A stretch of 64,000 nt of DNA, from positions 2,294,001 to 2,358,000 of the forward strand of contig JAGIQG010000043.1 in the NCBI GenBank assembly GCA_024679065.1. Reading direction: 5' to 3'. Made by a program: the position numbers and the translations under genes. This DNA is from Sphyrna mokarran. Taxonomy: Eukaryota. Under the pieces are notes generated by a model, which did not search any database, was not told the DNA's origin, and saw only the letters and a list, made by a program, of their open reading frames with translations. Shown here in pieces: positions 62,688-64,000 of this stretch (position 1 is its first letter; each line of letters starts with the position of its first letter).

Positions 62688-64000
62688 GAACATAGAAACA
62701 TAGAAACATAGAACATTACAGCACAGAACAGGCCCTTCAGCCTTCGATGATGCGCCGACCAATATAAAAAGCAATGACCCTCCAAACTAAACCATTCCCT
62801 TCTCTCCCATATACATATCAACTAACCTCTTAAACGCCACCAAACTTGGCGCATCTACAACCGCTGCAGGCAGGGCATTCCACTCCCGAACCACCCTCTG
62901 GGTAAAGAACCTACCTCTGATATCCGTCCTATAACTATCACCCCTTAATTTAAAGCTGTGTTCCCTCGTGCTAGCTTTCTCCATCCTAGGAAAAAGGCTA
63001 TCACTGTCCACCCTATCTAAACCTCTAATCATCTTATATGTTACGATTAGGTCCCCTCTTAGCCGCCTCCTTTCTAACGAAAACAACCTCAAATCCCTCA
63101 GCCTATCCTCATAAGACCTGCCCTCCATACCAGGCAACATCCTGGTAAACCTCCTCTGTACCCTCTCCAATGCCTCCACATCTTTCTTATAATGTGGGAA
63201 CCAGAACTGCACACAATACTCCAAGTGCGGCCGCACTAGAGTTTTGTACAGTTGCAACATGACGTTGCGGCTCTGAAATTCAATCCCCCTACCAATAAAA
63301 GCTAAGACTCCATATGCCTGCTTAACAACCTTATCGACTTGACTGCCTACTTTCAGGGATCTATGCACAAATACACCAAGATCCCTCTGTTCATCAACAG
63401 TATTAAGAATCCTACCATTAGCCCTATACTCTACACATTTATTATTCCTGCCAAAGTGCTATTACCTCACACTTTTCCACATTAAACTCCATTTGCCACC
63501 TCTCGGCCCAGCTCTGCAACTTGTCCAAGTCTCTCTGCAAACTATAACACCCCTCTTCACTTTCCACCACTCCATCGACTTAATGGCATCTGCAAATTTA
63601 CTAATCCATCCTTCAATACCCTCATCCCAGATCATTTATAAAAATTACAGCAGCAGGGGCCCCAAAACAGACCCCTGAGGTACACCACTTGTCACCAAAC
63701 TCCACGATGAATATCTCCCATCAACCAGCACCCTCTGTCTTCTATCTGCTAGCCAATTCTTAATCCAATTAGCTAAATCACCCTCTATCCCATACATCTG
63801 CATTTTCTGCAGAAGTCTTCCATGGGCCACCTTATCAAACGCCCTACTAAAGTCCATATATACCACGTCAACCGCCTCACCCCCATCCAGCTCTTTGGTC
63901 ACTTTTTCAAAAAACTCAATGAGGTTAGTAAGGCACGACCTACCCTTCACAAAACCATGCTGACTATCCCCAATCAATTCATTTCTCTCTAAATAACTAT
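62688..64000 (-). mobile_element. CR1 LINE running off the window end
   Basis: RT ORFs 62787-63368 and 63645-63977; tail at 62688. Confidence 0.93.

Overview
This is eukaryotic, repeat-rich genomic DNA, very probably from a cartilaginous fish (shark-type CR1 LINEs, tRNA-derived SINEs with CR1-like tails, Rex1/Babar and Penelope-like remnants). It contains one assembly gap (31632-31809). Among the repeats on the minus strand is a small cluster of non-rearranging, antigen-receptor-like immunoglobulin-superfamily genes, which I reconstructed by hand from splice sites and phases. Gene A (19904->9237, 8 exons, 343 aa) and gene B (41457->33778, 6 exons, 303 aa) both encode leader, single-exon V(J) domain, C1-set-like domain, Cys-containing stalk, uncharged TM and a cytoplasmic tail ending in one ITIM/ITSM-like tyrosine motif (PLYATL; TLYARL). 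A B-type pseudogene (V and C exons) lies at 61116->60391. An orphan, inverted A-type promoter and leader exon lies at ~2993-3203, inside a segmental duplication (1-6395 vs ~45525-56210) that has been internally inverted and invaded by CR1s. The best candidate for an undescribed system is a germline-encoded, TCR/Ig-light-chain-like inhibitory receptor pair (possibly a disulfide-linked A/B heterodimer) in a birth-and-death cluster. Exon models are unverified by transcripts, and family assignment needs database searches.
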